From Patescibacteria group bacterium (GTDB lineage: Bacteria; Patescibacteriota; Minisyncoccia; Minisyncoccales; JANBVM01), in the NCBI GenBank assembly GCA_024238995.1, contig JANBVL010000001.1:74059-138058 (forward strand): a stretch of DNA of 64,000 bases, written 5' to 3'. Shown piece after piece: positions 18,278 to 27,636 of the stretch. A program made the translations under genes and the position numbers. Every line of letters begins with the position of its first letter. Position 1 is the first letter of the stretch. The notes beneath the pieces are model-generated. The model did no database searches and was not told the origin of the DNA. It saw nothing but the letters and a program-made list of their open reading frames with translations.

Positions 18278-19360
18278 TTAACTTGTAAAAAGTTTAATTG
18301 CTACTCCTAAAAACACAAAAACCAAATTTAAAATCCAGAATCTCATAGTAACCTTATAGGGGGGCCATCCTTTTGCTTCAAAATGATGATGAATGGGAGT
18401 GCAAAGCCAGACTTTTTTCTTAAAAAACTTCTTTGAAAAAAGCTGGATTAATATTGAACCAACCTCTATTACCATTATTCCAGCAATAATCGGCAAAACC
18501 ATTATTGAGTCGGTTAAAAAGGCAACCACTGTCATAGTTGACGTTAAGCCCAAAACACCGGTTTCCCCCATATAGAATTTAGCTGGCGGAATATTGAACC
18601 ATAAAAACGAAAATAATGTTCCAGCAATAATTGCGCAAAATGTAGCTAAGTCAGCTTTGCCTTGGGTAAAAGCAATTACAGAAAATCCAGCAAAAATTGA
18701 AGCGAAAATACCTCCTGCTAATCCATCAATCCCATCAATAACGCCTCCCGACCAAGAAGCAAGCATTACTAATATGAATAATGGTATATACCACCAGCCA
18801 ATGAAAAAGTTTATTCCTTCTGGAAAATTATACATCAAAGGAATATGAATTGTGCTTTTGCTAAGCTTGAAGTAAAACCACAAACTTCCAACTAAACCAA
18901 TTAAAACTACAATCATTAATCTTCTTAAAAAACTCATTCCTCCTCCGGCATATTTTCCCTTTCCAAACACAGTCAAAGCATCATCTACTAGTCCGACAAT
19001 AGAGCCTGCTACTAAAGTAAATAATGGAAGCCAGGTTTCACCACGAGATAGGAAGTTAAAGTTTTTCAGCCACCAAGGATCTTTAAAATGTGATAAACCA
19101 AAAAAGAGGAACACCATTATTAGAACTGAAACCCAGATTAAAATTCCACCCCCTCTTGGTGTTTTTATTTCATTGTCTTTATGTAAAGAATGAAAAACTT
19201 TAGCTTCTTCATTAGTAATTGTTCTTGTTCTTGCAGTTTTCTTCCAGAACTTAATTCTTCTTAAAATCTTTATTAAAAAAGGCGCCCAAATAAAAGAAAT
19301 TGCAGCGCTTATTGCTGATAATATTAAAAGTCTAATAACGTAGAATGTAAAAAGTGTCAT
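18278..19360 (-). CDS. mraY: phospho-N-acetylmuramoyl-pentapeptide transferase
   Basis: Ten-TM-like profile with TPTMGG-like KTPRGGGILIW, GLVDDAL, and FYMGETGVLGLTS...HHHFE motifs. Confidence 0.92.
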   Translation of the reverse strand: MTLFTFYVIRLLILSAISAAISFIWAPFLIKILRRIKFWKKTARTRTITNEEAKVFHSLHKDNEIKTPRGGGILIWVSVLIMVFLFFGLSHFKDPWWLKNFNFLSRGETWLPLFTLVAGSIVGLVDDALTVFGKGKYAGGGMSFLRRLMIVVLIGLVGSLWFYFKLSKSTIHIPLMYNFPEGINFFIGWWYIPLFILVMLASWSGGVIDGIDGLAGGIFASIFAGFSVIAFTQGKADLATFCAIIAGTLFSFLWFNIPPAKFYMGETGVLGLTSTMTVVAFLTDSIMVLPIIAGIMVIEVGSILIQLFSKKFFKKKVWLCTPIHHHFEAKGWPPYKVTMRFWILNLVFVFLGVAIKLFTS

Positions 19361-20277
19361 GAATTAATCCAGTTAATTAGTTTCTGTATTTCTTCTATTC
19401 TTGTATCTGGTGATTCAGCGCCCAATAATATATTTATGAAATAATTTCCATTCTCATCAGAAAACACAAAAACCACACATCCTCCTGCTTTTTCTGTATA
19501 ACCGGTTTTACCTCCAACAATAATCTGATTGTTTAAAATATAAATTCCTGAAATCCCATTTTCTGATAAATATGGGCCGTTTTCTAAAGAGAATTCAAAT
19601 ATTAAGCCATGGTTGCTTAAAACATATTTTGAAAGATTAGCTAAATCATTAACAGTAGAATAATTTGGAACAATATCTATATCATTAGGATCAAGACCCG
19701 TTGGATTAATAAAATAAGTATTATTAAGACCTAATTCTTTAGATTTTTGGTTCATTTTTGCAACAAAATTATCCAGCCCAATTACTTCGGCTAAGGTAAA
19801 GGCTGCATCATTGCTTGAATAATAGAGCATGTACTTTAAAAGCTGCTCTATTGTAATAATCTGACCAGCTTTTAAATTACCATAAATAGGAATATTGTAT
19901 TGAGATGCAGCTTTTTGAGAAACTATTGTTGTTTTTGATAAATCATAATCATTAAGACGCGTATTCTCCATAACAATTAAAGCAGTCATGAGTTTGCTTA
20001 AAGACGCAATTGGCAGAGTTCTATTAATATTTTTTCCAAAAACCATTCTTTCTTTTCCTATTTTATTAACTTTAATAGAAATAACAGAATTAGCTTTAAT
20101 GTCTGGTTTTTGTTTTTTTGGCCTGGCTGAAATATCTACAGCTGCTAAATTCTTGAAAGGTTGAGTAATTTGAGCATAAAAAAACTGCTCCGTTCCTTGC
20201 TGAAAGAAGCTTATTCCCCACCAAAACAAAGAACTCATAATAAAAGACAGTAAAAAAAACTTAGTATTTTTATTCAT
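19357..20277 (-). CDS. serine-type D-Ala-D-Ala carboxypeptidase (peptidase S11 / PBP5-like)
   Basis: SxxK (ASLSKLMTA), SxN (YSSNDAA) and KTG (GKTGYT) motifs in canonical order, with an N-terminal membrane anchor. Confidence 0.85.
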   Translation of the reverse strand: MNKNTKFFLLSFIMSSLFWWGISFFQQGTEQFFYAQITQPFKNLAAVDISARPKKQKPDIKANSVISIKVNKIGKERMVFGKNINRTLPIASLSKLMTALIVMENTRLNDYDLSKTTIVSQKAASQYNIPIYGNLKAGQIITIEQLLKYMLYYSSNDAAFTLAEVIGLDNFVAKMNQKSKELGLNNTYFINPTGLDPNDIDIVPNYSTVNDLANLSKYVLSNHGLIFEFSLENGPYLSENGISGIYILNNQIIVGGKTGYTEKAGGCVVFVFSDENGNYFINILLGAESPDTRIEEIQKLINWINS

Positions 20278-21677
20278 TTACTTTCTTTCTTTTTTTCAAA
20301 TTGAATCTTTAGATCCTTGAGCTGCTCTTTACTAACTTCAGAAGGAGTGTCCATCATCATTCCCCGATTTTCTCCTGTTTTAGGAAAAGCTATTACTTCT
20401 CTAATATTTGGTTCTTTTTGAACTATTGCCACAAACCTATCAATCCCTGGAGCAATTCCGCCATGAGGAGGAACGCCATATTCAAATGCTTTTAATAAAT
20501 GACCAAATCTTTTCCTTATACCTTCTTTTTTATGGCCCATTATCTCAAAAATGGTTTCAAGCATCTTAGGATCATATATTCTTAAACTTCCTCCCCCAAT
20601 TTCATAACCATTTAAAACTAAATCATACTGATAAGCCAGCATGTCTTTAGCATTCTTTTTAACTTTTGAAATATCTTGCTCCTGGGGCCTGGTAAATGGA
20701 TGGTGCACTGCATCAAGTCTTTTCTCAGACTCTTTCCATTCAAACAAAGGAAAATCAACAACAAATCCAAAAGCCAGCTCATCATCATCTTTTTTATTTT
20801 TTCTCAAATCTGGCTTATCGCTACTATACTTTTCCATTGCCTGCTTATAAGTAATTCTAGGAAATGGTGATTTTGTTATTTTCTTTTTTGGAAATAACTT
20901 CTTAACTAAACTTGTAAAAAGCTCTTCAATTAAATTCAAAATATCATCCTGGCCGACAAATGACATTTCAATATCAAGCTGAGTAAATTCTGCCTGCCTA
21001 TCACCTCTTGGATCTTCATCTCTAAAACACCTTGCAATTTGAAAATACTTTTCAATTCCAGCAACCATTAAAAGCTGTTTGTATTGCTGGGGACTCTGAG
21101 GAAGAGCATAAAAATTACCAGGATAAGTTCTTGAAGGAACTAAAAAATCTCTTGCTCCTTCAGGAGTAGATTTTGTCAATATTGGAGTTTCAACCTCTAA
21201 GAATCCTTTTTCAATAAGAAAATCTCTCATAAACTGAATTGTTTTCTGCCTCATCTTTAAGTTTTCCTTTAGTCTTTGCCTTCTTAAATCCAAATAACGA
21301 TACTTCATCCTTATTTCTTCATTTATCTCATAACCATCAGTGTCAATTGGAAAAGGTAAAGTCTTTGCCCTTGAAAAAACCTCAACTTTTTCTACACCAA
21401 GCTCAATTTCTCCTGTTTTAATCTTAGGATTAATCATGTTTTTTGGCCTTTCTCCAATACTGCCTTCAACTAAAACAACCCATTCTGGTTTTAATTCTTT
21501 TGCTATTTTGTAAATTTCTTTATTCTTAGGAGTAAAAACCAACTGCAAAATACCTTGTTTGTCACGAAGGTCAATGAAAACTATCTTCCCATGAGATCTA
21601 ATAGTATCAACCCAACCGCAAACCTTAACCTTTTCTCCAATATGTTTAATTGTTTCGCTTATTAATATTCTTTTCAT
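20274..21677 (-). CDS. aspS: aspartyl-tRNA synthetase, bacterial-type catalytic core without the GAD insertion domain
   Basis: OB-fold N-terminus. Motif 2 is FRDEDPRGDRQAEFTQLDIEMSF and motif 3 is GGIAPGIDR. Only about 12 residues separate SDKPDLR from VVDFPLFE, where E. coli AspRS has about 130. Confidence 0.92.
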   Translation of the reverse strand: MKRILISETIKHIGEKVKVCGWVDTIRSHGKIVFIDLRDKQGILQLVFTPKNKEIYKIAKELKPEWVVLVEGSIGERPKNMINPKIKTGEIELGVEKVEVFSRAKTLPFPIDTDGYEINEEIRMKYRYLDLRRQRLKENLKMRQKTIQFMRDFLIEKGFLEVETPILTKSTPEGARDFLVPSRTYPGNFYALPQSPQQYKQLLMVAGIEKYFQIARCFRDEDPRGDRQAEFTQLDIEMSFVGQDDILNLIEELFTSLVKKLFPKKKITKSPFPRITYKQAMEKYSSDKPDLRKNKKDDDELAFGFVVDFPLFEWKESEKRLDAVHHPFTRPQEQDISKVKKNAKDMLAYQYDLVLNGYEIGGGSLRIYDPKMLETIFEIMGHKKEGIRKRFGHLLKAFEYGVPPHGGIAPGIDRFVAIVQKEPNIREVIAFPKTGENRGMMMDTPSEVSKEQLKDLKIQFEKKKESK

Positions 21678-21728
21678 AAATAATTAAAAAAACTTTTTTG
21701 AAAAAAAGCAAATAAACTGAAGCTGATT

Positions 21729-22115
21729 TCATTTCAAATACTTTTTTACTTTTTCAACAAACTGTTTGGGAGTAAAATCTGCTTTAATAAGATAATCTTT
21801 TACCCCAAAGTCAATTGCTTTTCTTCTTGCCTCTACTCCATCATAATTTGTAAAAACAATTACTGGTATTGCTGCAATTTCAAGATCTTTTTTAAGCCAT
21901 TTTAAAAAAAATAACCCACTTTCCCTAGGAAGTAAAAGATCAAGAATAATTAAATCAGGTTTTTCCTTTTTTGTAATTTCAAGCGCTTCTTTTGATTCAA
22001 TAGCTGAAATAACTTCAAAACCAGCTTTTACAAATGTATCATAATACATTTCTGCTAATACTTTCTCGTCTTCAACGATCAGTATTTTCTTTTTTAAAGA
22101 TTTTCCTTTGCTCAT
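21729..22115 (-). CDS. single-domain response regulator (receiver only)
   Basis: KILIVEDE...DLIILDLLLP...K receiver motifs and no output domain. It overlaps the kinase gene by 44 nt. Confidence 0.85.
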   Translation of the reverse strand: MSKGKSLKKKILIVEDEKVLAEMYYDTFVKAGFEVISAIESKEALEITKKEKPDLIILDLLLPRESGLFFLKWLKKDLEIAAIPVIVFTNYDGVEARRKAIDFGVKDYLIKADFTPKQFVEKVKKYLK

Positions 22116-23721
22116 ATTTAATAGGAATCTTTATGTTAAAAGCAGAACCTTTTTCCCTTCCAGAACTTTTAACACTAATACTTCCATTATGCATTTCTGC
22201 AAATTCTTTTGCAATGTATAATCCCAATCCAGCGCCTTCTACCCATGTTCTTTTGCCAGCAGACCCCCTTGAGAAGATTTTGAAAAGTTTGTCTAATTCT
22301 GATTTAGTCATGCCTGCCCCAGTGTCAGAAATTTCAATTTCACAAGCACCATTTTCTTGAGCATATTCTATTGTTATTCCCCCTGTTTCAGTGTATTTAA
22401 TTGCATTATCAATAATATTTAAAATAACCTGCCTTATTTTCATCCTATCTAACAACACTCTTTCTAGTCTTGTTTTTGGCTTTTCCCATTTTAAATAAAG
22501 ATTTTTTGCTCTGGCCAAGTTTTTAAGCTCTATTATTATACTACTAATTAAATCTTCTAAAGCAAATTCTTCTGTTGCCACCTCCATTTTCCCAGACTCA
22601 ATCCTTGAAATGCTTAAAAGATCATTAACTAATTTTATTAATCTTTCGACAGAAGTGTAAACATTTTTCAAAGGTTTTTTCATTTTCAATGGAAATTCTC
22701 CATAAGTCTTATCCTTTATCAACGACACATAGCCCTTAATAGCTGTTAAAGGAGTTCTTAATTGATGAGATGCAATAGAAATAAACTCTGATTTAGCAAT
22801 ATCAAGTTTTTTAAGCTCTTTATATGCTTTTTCTAAATCTTGACTTATCTTTTCAATCTGCTCTCTTCTTCTTATCTCGTCTATTGTAGCTCTAATTAAG
22901 TAATAACCAAAAATACAAAATAGGATAAAAACACTAGAATTTAAAACCTTTAACCAGAGAATTTCATTTACCCAAGCTTGAACAAGTAAAATTAGCGCTA
23001 TTACCACTACAAAAAGCTCAACAAGAACTACTTTAATTTGGAAAAGATGGTGCTTGGCAATAGCAACAGTAACAAAAATAGAAAATATAATAGTGGCTAA
23101 TGGACCATAATTGGCAATATTAAAAAAACCAAGATAAGGAAATACAATATTAGTAGTAAAACCAAAGATTAAAGATATTGTTAAACCTGTTAACACATAC
23201 TTAATCTGAAGCTTTTCAATTGTTTTGTCATATTTTCTCAGTTTTAAAAACAAGACAGCTCCAACAAAAAATGAAATCAGAGAATAATTGATAACATAAA
23301 GGTTATATAATTGCCCGTAAACAGTTTCTCGTTGTCCAGGTCCAATTATGATCTCTTCGCTAGCTACCAGCGGCGTAAAAGTTGTCAGGATAAAAAGAGC
23401 CAAAAACAAGGGGATTAGATACTTACTTATCTTCTTGAATTCAAAAAGAGATTCGGTAGGAAAAACTACTGCGAATTTCAATAAATAGTACAAAATTGGA
23501 ATAACCATTGCAAAATTAATTCTTCCCAGCCACAACACCCATTGAGGACTTTCAAGGCTGTAGTATAAAAAAAGAGAAATCAACCAAGCATTTGCAGATA
23601 TTACGCTAAGAAAAAAAGTTTTATTTACTTTTTCCTTTCTGCCTTTTAATAATACAAAACCAGCTAATAAAAAATTAGAAAAAATTGATATAAAGTAAGT
23701 TAAGCTCTCTGTTATGGACAT
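22072..23721 (-). CDS. membrane sensor histidine kinase
   Basis: The roughly 270-aa N-terminus is polytopic. The H-box is IASHQLRTPLT, and HATPase_c N/G boxes follow (NIIDNAIKYT, DTGAGM, GAGLGLYIAKE). Confidence 0.88.
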   Translation of the reverse strand: MSITESLTYFISIFSNFLLAGFVLLKGRKEKVNKTFFLSVISANAWLISLFLYYSLESPQWVLWLGRINFAMVIPILYYLLKFAVVFPTESLFEFKKISKYLIPLFLALFILTTFTPLVASEEIIIGPGQRETVYGQLYNLYVINYSLISFFVGAVLFLKLRKYDKTIEKLQIKYVLTGLTISLIFGFTTNIVFPYLGFFNIANYGPLATIIFSIFVTVAIAKHHLFQIKVVLVELFVVVIALILLVQAWVNEILWLKVLNSSVFILFCIFGYYLIRATIDEIRRREQIEKISQDLEKAYKELKKLDIAKSEFISIASHQLRTPLTAIKGYVSLIKDKTYGEFPLKMKKPLKNVYTSVERLIKLVNDLLSISRIESGKMEVATEEFALEDLISSIIIELKNLARAKNLYLKWEKPKTRLERVLLDRMKIRQVILNIIDNAIKYTETGGITIEYAQENGACEIEISDTGAGMTKSELDKLFKIFSRGSAGKRTWVEGAGLGLYIAKEFAEMHNGSISVKSSGREKGSAFNIKIPIKYEQRKIFKKENTDR

Positions 23722-24572
23722 TAATTATGTAAAAAATGTTTTCTGCTTTTCTCAGTCCACTCTGATATACTCTGTTCAGTTAACTCTTTATTAAAAGCTT
23801 TTTTAGCTAGTTGAAAATAAGGTATGGCTACCAAAACGCAACCCATATCCCCTTTGTTAATTTTTTTTGATACAAGATCTACAAAAATCTCTTTATACTT
23901 TACTCTCTGATTTTTTCCTATTTCTATAATGCTCTGAACTGTATTGAAATAAACTCTTTCTTTAATAGCGTCTATATTCTGTTCTTCGGTGATTATTTCT
24001 CCAACATCCTCCATGAACAAGCATGCAGCACTACTTCTATCTTCAGGTATTCCAATAGCTACTGTTCCATATAAATAAGCAGGGCCTGATTTATAATAGG
24101 ACTTTACAGCGCAAGGAACATGAGTGCCTGGTAAAAGTGGAAAGTGGCGCTTGTCATTGGTGCCAAAAAGCGCTTGAGCTGCTTCTCTTAAATTTTCTCC
24201 ACTCTTAATCTTTATTCCACCAAATTTTTTAAGGCTTTTTTCCGACAAAAAAGAAGGCAATCCTATGCCTTCCTTTTTTGCAACATCATAGCCCCAAATT
24301 AAACCCTGGGGTCCGCAGAATGAAGATACTACGCTCATATTTATCTGACCGATATAAGCACTGCTAACTTCTGCTTTGTCATAAGCTAATATGGAATCAA
24401 GTTTTTTTGAGCCAGGATGGCTAAATACCTGCTTAAAACTCTCTATCCCCACAACTAAAGCAGTTAAATAGCTGTCTTGGCCTGGATATCCTGCACAATA
24501 TTGCTCAAAAGGAGAGATAGCTGATTCTAATATTTTCTTTTCCGAAAAACTAACTTTCATAGATAATCTCAA
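23721..24572 (-). CDS. hdcA: pyruvoyl-dependent histidine decarboxylase-family proenzyme
   Basis: AYDKAEVSSAYIGQINMSVVSSFCGPQG closely parallels Lactobacillus 30a HdcA SYDRAETKNAYIGQINMTTASSFTGVQG as I recall it. The Ser-Ser self-cleavage pair is at codons 83/84 (24321-24326). FPLLPGTHVPCAVK and LFMEDVGE also match. Confidence 0.82.
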   Translation of the reverse strand: MRLSMKVSFSEKKILESAISPFEQYCAGYPGQDSYLTALVVGIESFKQVFSHPGSKKLDSILAYDKAEVSSAYIGQINMSVVSSFCGPQGLIWGYDVAKKEGIGLPSFLSEKSLKKFGGIKIKSGENLREAAQALFGTNDKRHFPLLPGTHVPCAVKSYYKSGPAYLYGTVAIGIPEDRSSAACLFMEDVGEIITEEQNIDAIKERVYFNTVQSIIEIGKNQRVKYKEIFVDLVSKKINKGDMGCVLVAIPYFQLAKKAFNKELTEQSISEWTEKSRKHFLHN

Positions 24573-24649
24573 TTAATTCCAATTTACTGATTTAATCTAG
24601 AGAAATTTATTATATTAAATTATATAACATTAATAAAATTCAAGCAATA

Positions 24650-24682
24650 AAATAAAAAAGGGCCGGAAAGCAATTTCCGGCT
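24650..24682 (-). terminator. Rho-independent terminator
   Basis: Minus strand reads gccggaaattgctttccggc followed by ccttttttatttt. The stem is an 8-bp GC-rich pairing, immediately 3' of the 24690 gene. Confidence 0.7.
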
Positions 24683-24689
24683 AATTATG

Positions 24690-25448
24690 TTATGAGAAAC
24701 GAGAAGCTATTGACATAACGCTCTTGACCTTTGCTGTTGTCACGCTCTGAGCAATCTTTAATACTGATCTGAAATCAGCGTTGTAAAGAAAAACTATCTT
24801 TTTTCCGCCAACTTCAATCTTTCTTATTGGCTTGAACCCCATAAAGATTGCCAGAGGAACGATATTCGACTCTGGAGTGCTCCAAAAAATAGTCTGTTTC
24901 ACTCCTTGTTCAAATGCCATCTCCAGGCCAGGCCTGAAAAGAAAACGGATTGGGTCTATCCCGCCTCTGAACTCTTTCAAAATAGCAAATTCATCATAGA
25001 AAAGGATTTTATCACTTTTTTCCCTCAATAAAGTTTCTATGCTTTGAATTTTTTGTTCATCTACTGATTCAGCTTTCATTAACAGGCTTGCTTTAATTCT
25101 TTCTGCAACACTGCCAGTCTCAATTAGAGACCCCCAACTGAATCCAGCAATAGGATTTTCAGGATTACCGTCCATCATAGTAAGAACAGGTTCGGATTCT
25201 CCAGTGATGTCTCTTTCTATCTTTTCTCTTGTTTCAACCTCTTCCCAAGTTTCTTCCCAAGGTGGTTCAAGAAATACACTTTGATAAGCTTTAACAAGAG
25301 CTTTCAGCATATTTTCAGGAATAATTTTGGAAAAGTAACTATAGTATCTTTGATTTTCTTCGGGTTGAATTGAAGATCCGCCTCGTTCTCTTATTTTTAT
25401 CCTTATGGTCCATAGCCGTAAGAACTTTCGTATTATCCAGTATTTCAT
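24690..25448 (-). CDS. hypothetical protein, possibly GNAT-like acyltransferase
   Basis: The track ORF extends to 25493, but a canonical promoter ends 4 nt before that ATG. GAGG-8 nt-ATG at 25448 (MKYWIIRKF) is the more plausible start. AYQSVFLEPPWEETW and FYDEFAILKEFRGG resemble GNAT motifs only loosely. Confidence 0.55.
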   Translation of the reverse strand: MKYWIIRKFLRLWTIRIKIRERGGSSIQPEENQRYYSYFSKIIPENMLKALVKAYQSVFLEPPWEETWEEVETREKIERDITGESEPVLTMMDGNPENPIAGFSWGSLIETGSVAERIKASLLMKAESVDEQKIQSIETLLREKSDKILFYDEFAILKEFRGGIDPIRFLFRPGLEMAFEQGVKQTIFWSTPESNIVPLAIFMGFKPIRKIEVGGKKIVFLYNADFRSVLKIAQSVTTAKVKSVMSIASRFS

Positions 25449-25495
25449 TTTCATTACCTCTTTTTCAACATGCAACATCGTTGCATACTGCATTG

Positions 25496-25523
25496 ATTAT
25501 ACAAATAAATTTATTTTTGTCAA
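25496..25523 (-). promoter_or_regulatory. sigma70-type promoter
   Basis: Minus strand reads TTGACA, a 16-nt spacer (AAAATAAATTTATTTG), then TATAAT. Confidence 0.6.
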
Positions 25524-25534
25524 CATGGTTGTTA

Positions 25535-25592
25535 AAATAAAAAAGTGCGTGATTTTAAGCTTTAAAAAATTTTAAAACTATATAAATCACGC
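25535..25592 (-). terminator. conserved 3' flank / long-hairpin terminator, copy 1 (partner 25939-25995)
   Basis: Minus strand reads GCGTGATTT...AAATCACGC (9-bp stem) followed by ACTTTTTTATTTT. The roughly 57 bp, including the last codon and TGA, are nearly identical behind both small membrane genes. Confidence 0.5.
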
Positions 25593-25838
25593 CGAATGTT
25601 GAATAACTTTTTCTTCTGTATCACGATCCAGAAAGATTATGAAAGACAGAAGCAAGGGAACGAGCCCAATTATAATGAGTGCCCATCCTCCCAAGATGTG
25701 GGTATCATATTGGGTAGTTGCTGGTTCGCTATCTGGTGGAATATCTATATTCCACTCTACTATTGTTGGCTCACCAAAAATCATTAAGCCCAAACCAGCA
25801 GCTATCAGGAACAAACCTAACATCAAAAGAAACAACAT
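25587..25838 (-). CDS. small two-TM membrane protein, paralog 1
   Basis: MLFLLMLGLFLIAAGLGLMIFGEPTIVEWNIDIPPDSE...LGGWALIIIGLVPLLL. The track start (GTG 25862) lies inside a conserved GGAGGTGATAGAAA leader that is in a different frame in paralog 2. I therefore prefer the ATG at 25838. Confidence 0.6.
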   Translation of the reverse strand: MLFLLMLGLFLIAAGLGLMIFGEPTIVEWNIDIPPDSEPATTQYDTHILGGWALIIIGLVPLLLSFIIFLDRDTEEKVIQHSA

Positions 25839-25886
25839 TATTTTCTCTCTTATTTCTATCACCTCCTTGAAAGAACTTAAGATTTA

Positions 25887-25917
25887 TTATAATAACAGAG
25901 ATAACAATTTTGTCAAT
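25887..25917 (-). promoter_or_regulatory. conserved promoter-like leader of paralog 1
   Basis: Minus strand TTGACAAAATTGTTATCTCTGTTATTATAAT aligns with TTGACAAAATTATTAGTTTTGTTATCGTGATAAAT upstream of paralog 2 (26277-26312). Confidence 0.45.
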
Positions 25918-25938
25918 GTGTCTATAATATTAGGATAT

Positions 25939-25995
25939 AAATAAAAAAAATGCGTGATTTTAAGCTTTAAAATTTTAAAACTATATAAATCACGC
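25939..25995 (-). terminator. conserved 3' flank / long-hairpin terminator, copy 2
   Basis: Same gcgtgattt...aaatcacgc hairpin and T-run as 25535-25592. Confidence 0.5.
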
Positions 25996-26286
25996 TATTG
26001 GAGGAATTTGTTCTTCTTTATAGTGTTGCGACAAAGGACTTGCTAACATTATAAATATTAATCCAGTTACAACCATCCCTAATCCCATCTGGATGTGATG
26101 GCTGTATTCATTATTTGTGTCTTGCGGGATATCTATATCCCAAGTTGCTGTTGCTGGCTCACCAAAAGACATGATGGATATCCCAACAATTATCAGGATT
26201 AATCCTGATAAGAAAAACAAATCCAGATTATTGGTTCCTATTTTTCTATCACCTCCTGATATACAAAAGAACTTAGAATTTATCAC
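25990..26286 (-). CDS. small two-TM membrane protein, paralog 2 (true start probably internal)
   Basis: FGEPATATWDIDIPQDT and the two TM segments parallel paralog 1. The N-terminal roughly 20 codons overlap the conserved leader, so the start is uncertain. Confidence 0.55.
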   Translation of the reverse strand: MINSKFFCISGGDRKIGTNNLDLFFLSGLILIIVGISIMSFGEPATATWDIDIPQDTNNEYSHHIQMGLGMVVTGLIFIMLASPLSQHYKEEQIPPIA

Positions 26287-26332
26287 GATAACAAAACTAA
26301 TAATTTTGTCAATAAATCCTGCTTCCGCCCCT

Positions 26333-27628
26333 TTATCCGCCCTTCAGCTTTAAACTCACATCATCATAAATGTTGCCAGCACCCATAATTATAATAACTT
26401 CTTGTCCATTTAAATTCTGCCTTAAAAATTCGATTATCTTCTCTTTTGCAATATAAATCACAGAGTCTTTATTTACAGCTTTAACTAATTTTTCAGAACT
26501 TATTTCTTCCCTTATTTCTTCATCTTCCCTGCCAACTACATCGTAAATGTCAGTAATAATCAATTTATCTACTGGTGCATTTTTAAAAGTTTCAATGAAA
26601 TCATCAAATAAATAATGAGTTCTTTGATATTGATGAGGTTGAAAAAAACACCAAATCTTTTTTTTAGGATATTTCTCACGAGCTGCTTTTAAAGTAAGGT
26701 TAATTTCTGTTGGATGATGAGCATAATCGTCAATTAGGGTATATGGTTTAGGGTTTAATATTTCAGTAATTTCAAATCTTCGCCAAGATCCTTTATATCG
26801 TGACAATACCTTATGAGAATCTATATCTTTAATTTTTAAAATTCTTGCAACTTTTAAAGCCGCTAAAGCATTAGAAACATTAAAATCGCCAGGAATCTGC
26901 AGAACATCTTTCATCCCTACAGCTTCTTTATCCTTTAAAGAATACCAATCTGCTTCTTCAACAATCTTATGAATGTTTTCATCATCCTTGTTTGCAACTA
27001 TAATTCCATCTTCTTTTAAATTAGCAATAAACTTTTTAAATCCATTTAAAACGCCTTGTAAATTACCATAATGGTCTAAATGATCTGCTTCAATTGTTGT
27101 TAAAACAATTATATTAGGATAGTAATTTAAAAACGATTCAAAATGTTCACAAGCTTCAATAACTAAATACTTTGAATTTCCCACTCTACAGCTTGAGTTG
27201 TCAAATTCTTTAAGCTTTGTTCCCACAATCACAGTTGGATCCAAGCCTGCTTCAATCAATAACAAACCTATCATTGCAGTTGTTGTACTTTTCCCATGAG
27301 TTCCAGTAATAGCTATAGTAAAATATTTCTTACTTAACTCTCCAAGAGCTTGAGGGTAAGTCATTATCTTTAAACCATTTCTTTTAGCTTTTTCAAGTTC
27401 AGGATTACTTTCTGGTACTGCAGGACTATAAATTACTAAATTAATATTATCAGCCATGTTTTCAGATTTATGCTTTCCTATAAAAATCTTTACTTTTCTT
27501 TTTTCAAACCAATCAGTGATTTCTGTTGAACCTAAATCAGAACCAGTTATATTGTGGCCTTTTTCAAGATAATATTTAGCTAAAGCTGATACTCCAATTC
27601 CACCAATTCCAATAAAATGAATTTTCAT
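26333..27628 (-). CDS. murC: UDP-N-acetylmuramate--L-alanine ligase
   Basis: MKIHFIGIGGIGVSALAKYYLEKGHNITGSD is a MurC-type N-terminus. The P-loop is GTHGKSTTTAM. Confidence 0.92.
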   Translation of the reverse strand: MKIHFIGIGGIGVSALAKYYLEKGHNITGSDLGSTEITDWFEKRKVKIFIGKHKSENMADNINLVIYSPAVPESNPELEKAKRNGLKIMTYPQALGELSKKYFTIAITGTHGKSTTTAMIGLLLIEAGLDPTVIVGTKLKEFDNSSCRVGNSKYLVIEACEHFESFLNYYPNIIVLTTIEADHLDHYGNLQGVLNGFKKFIANLKEDGIIVANKDDENIHKIVEEADWYSLKDKEAVGMKDVLQIPGDFNVSNALAALKVARILKIKDIDSHKVLSRYKGSWRRFEITEILNPKPYTLIDDYAHHPTEINLTLKAAREKYPKKKIWCFFQPHQYQRTHYLFDDFIETFKNAPVDKLIITDIYDVVGREDEEIREEISSEKLVKAVNKDSVIYIAKEKIIEFLRQNLNGQEVIIIMGAGNIYDDVSLKLKGG

Positions 27629-27636
27629 AGCAAAGC

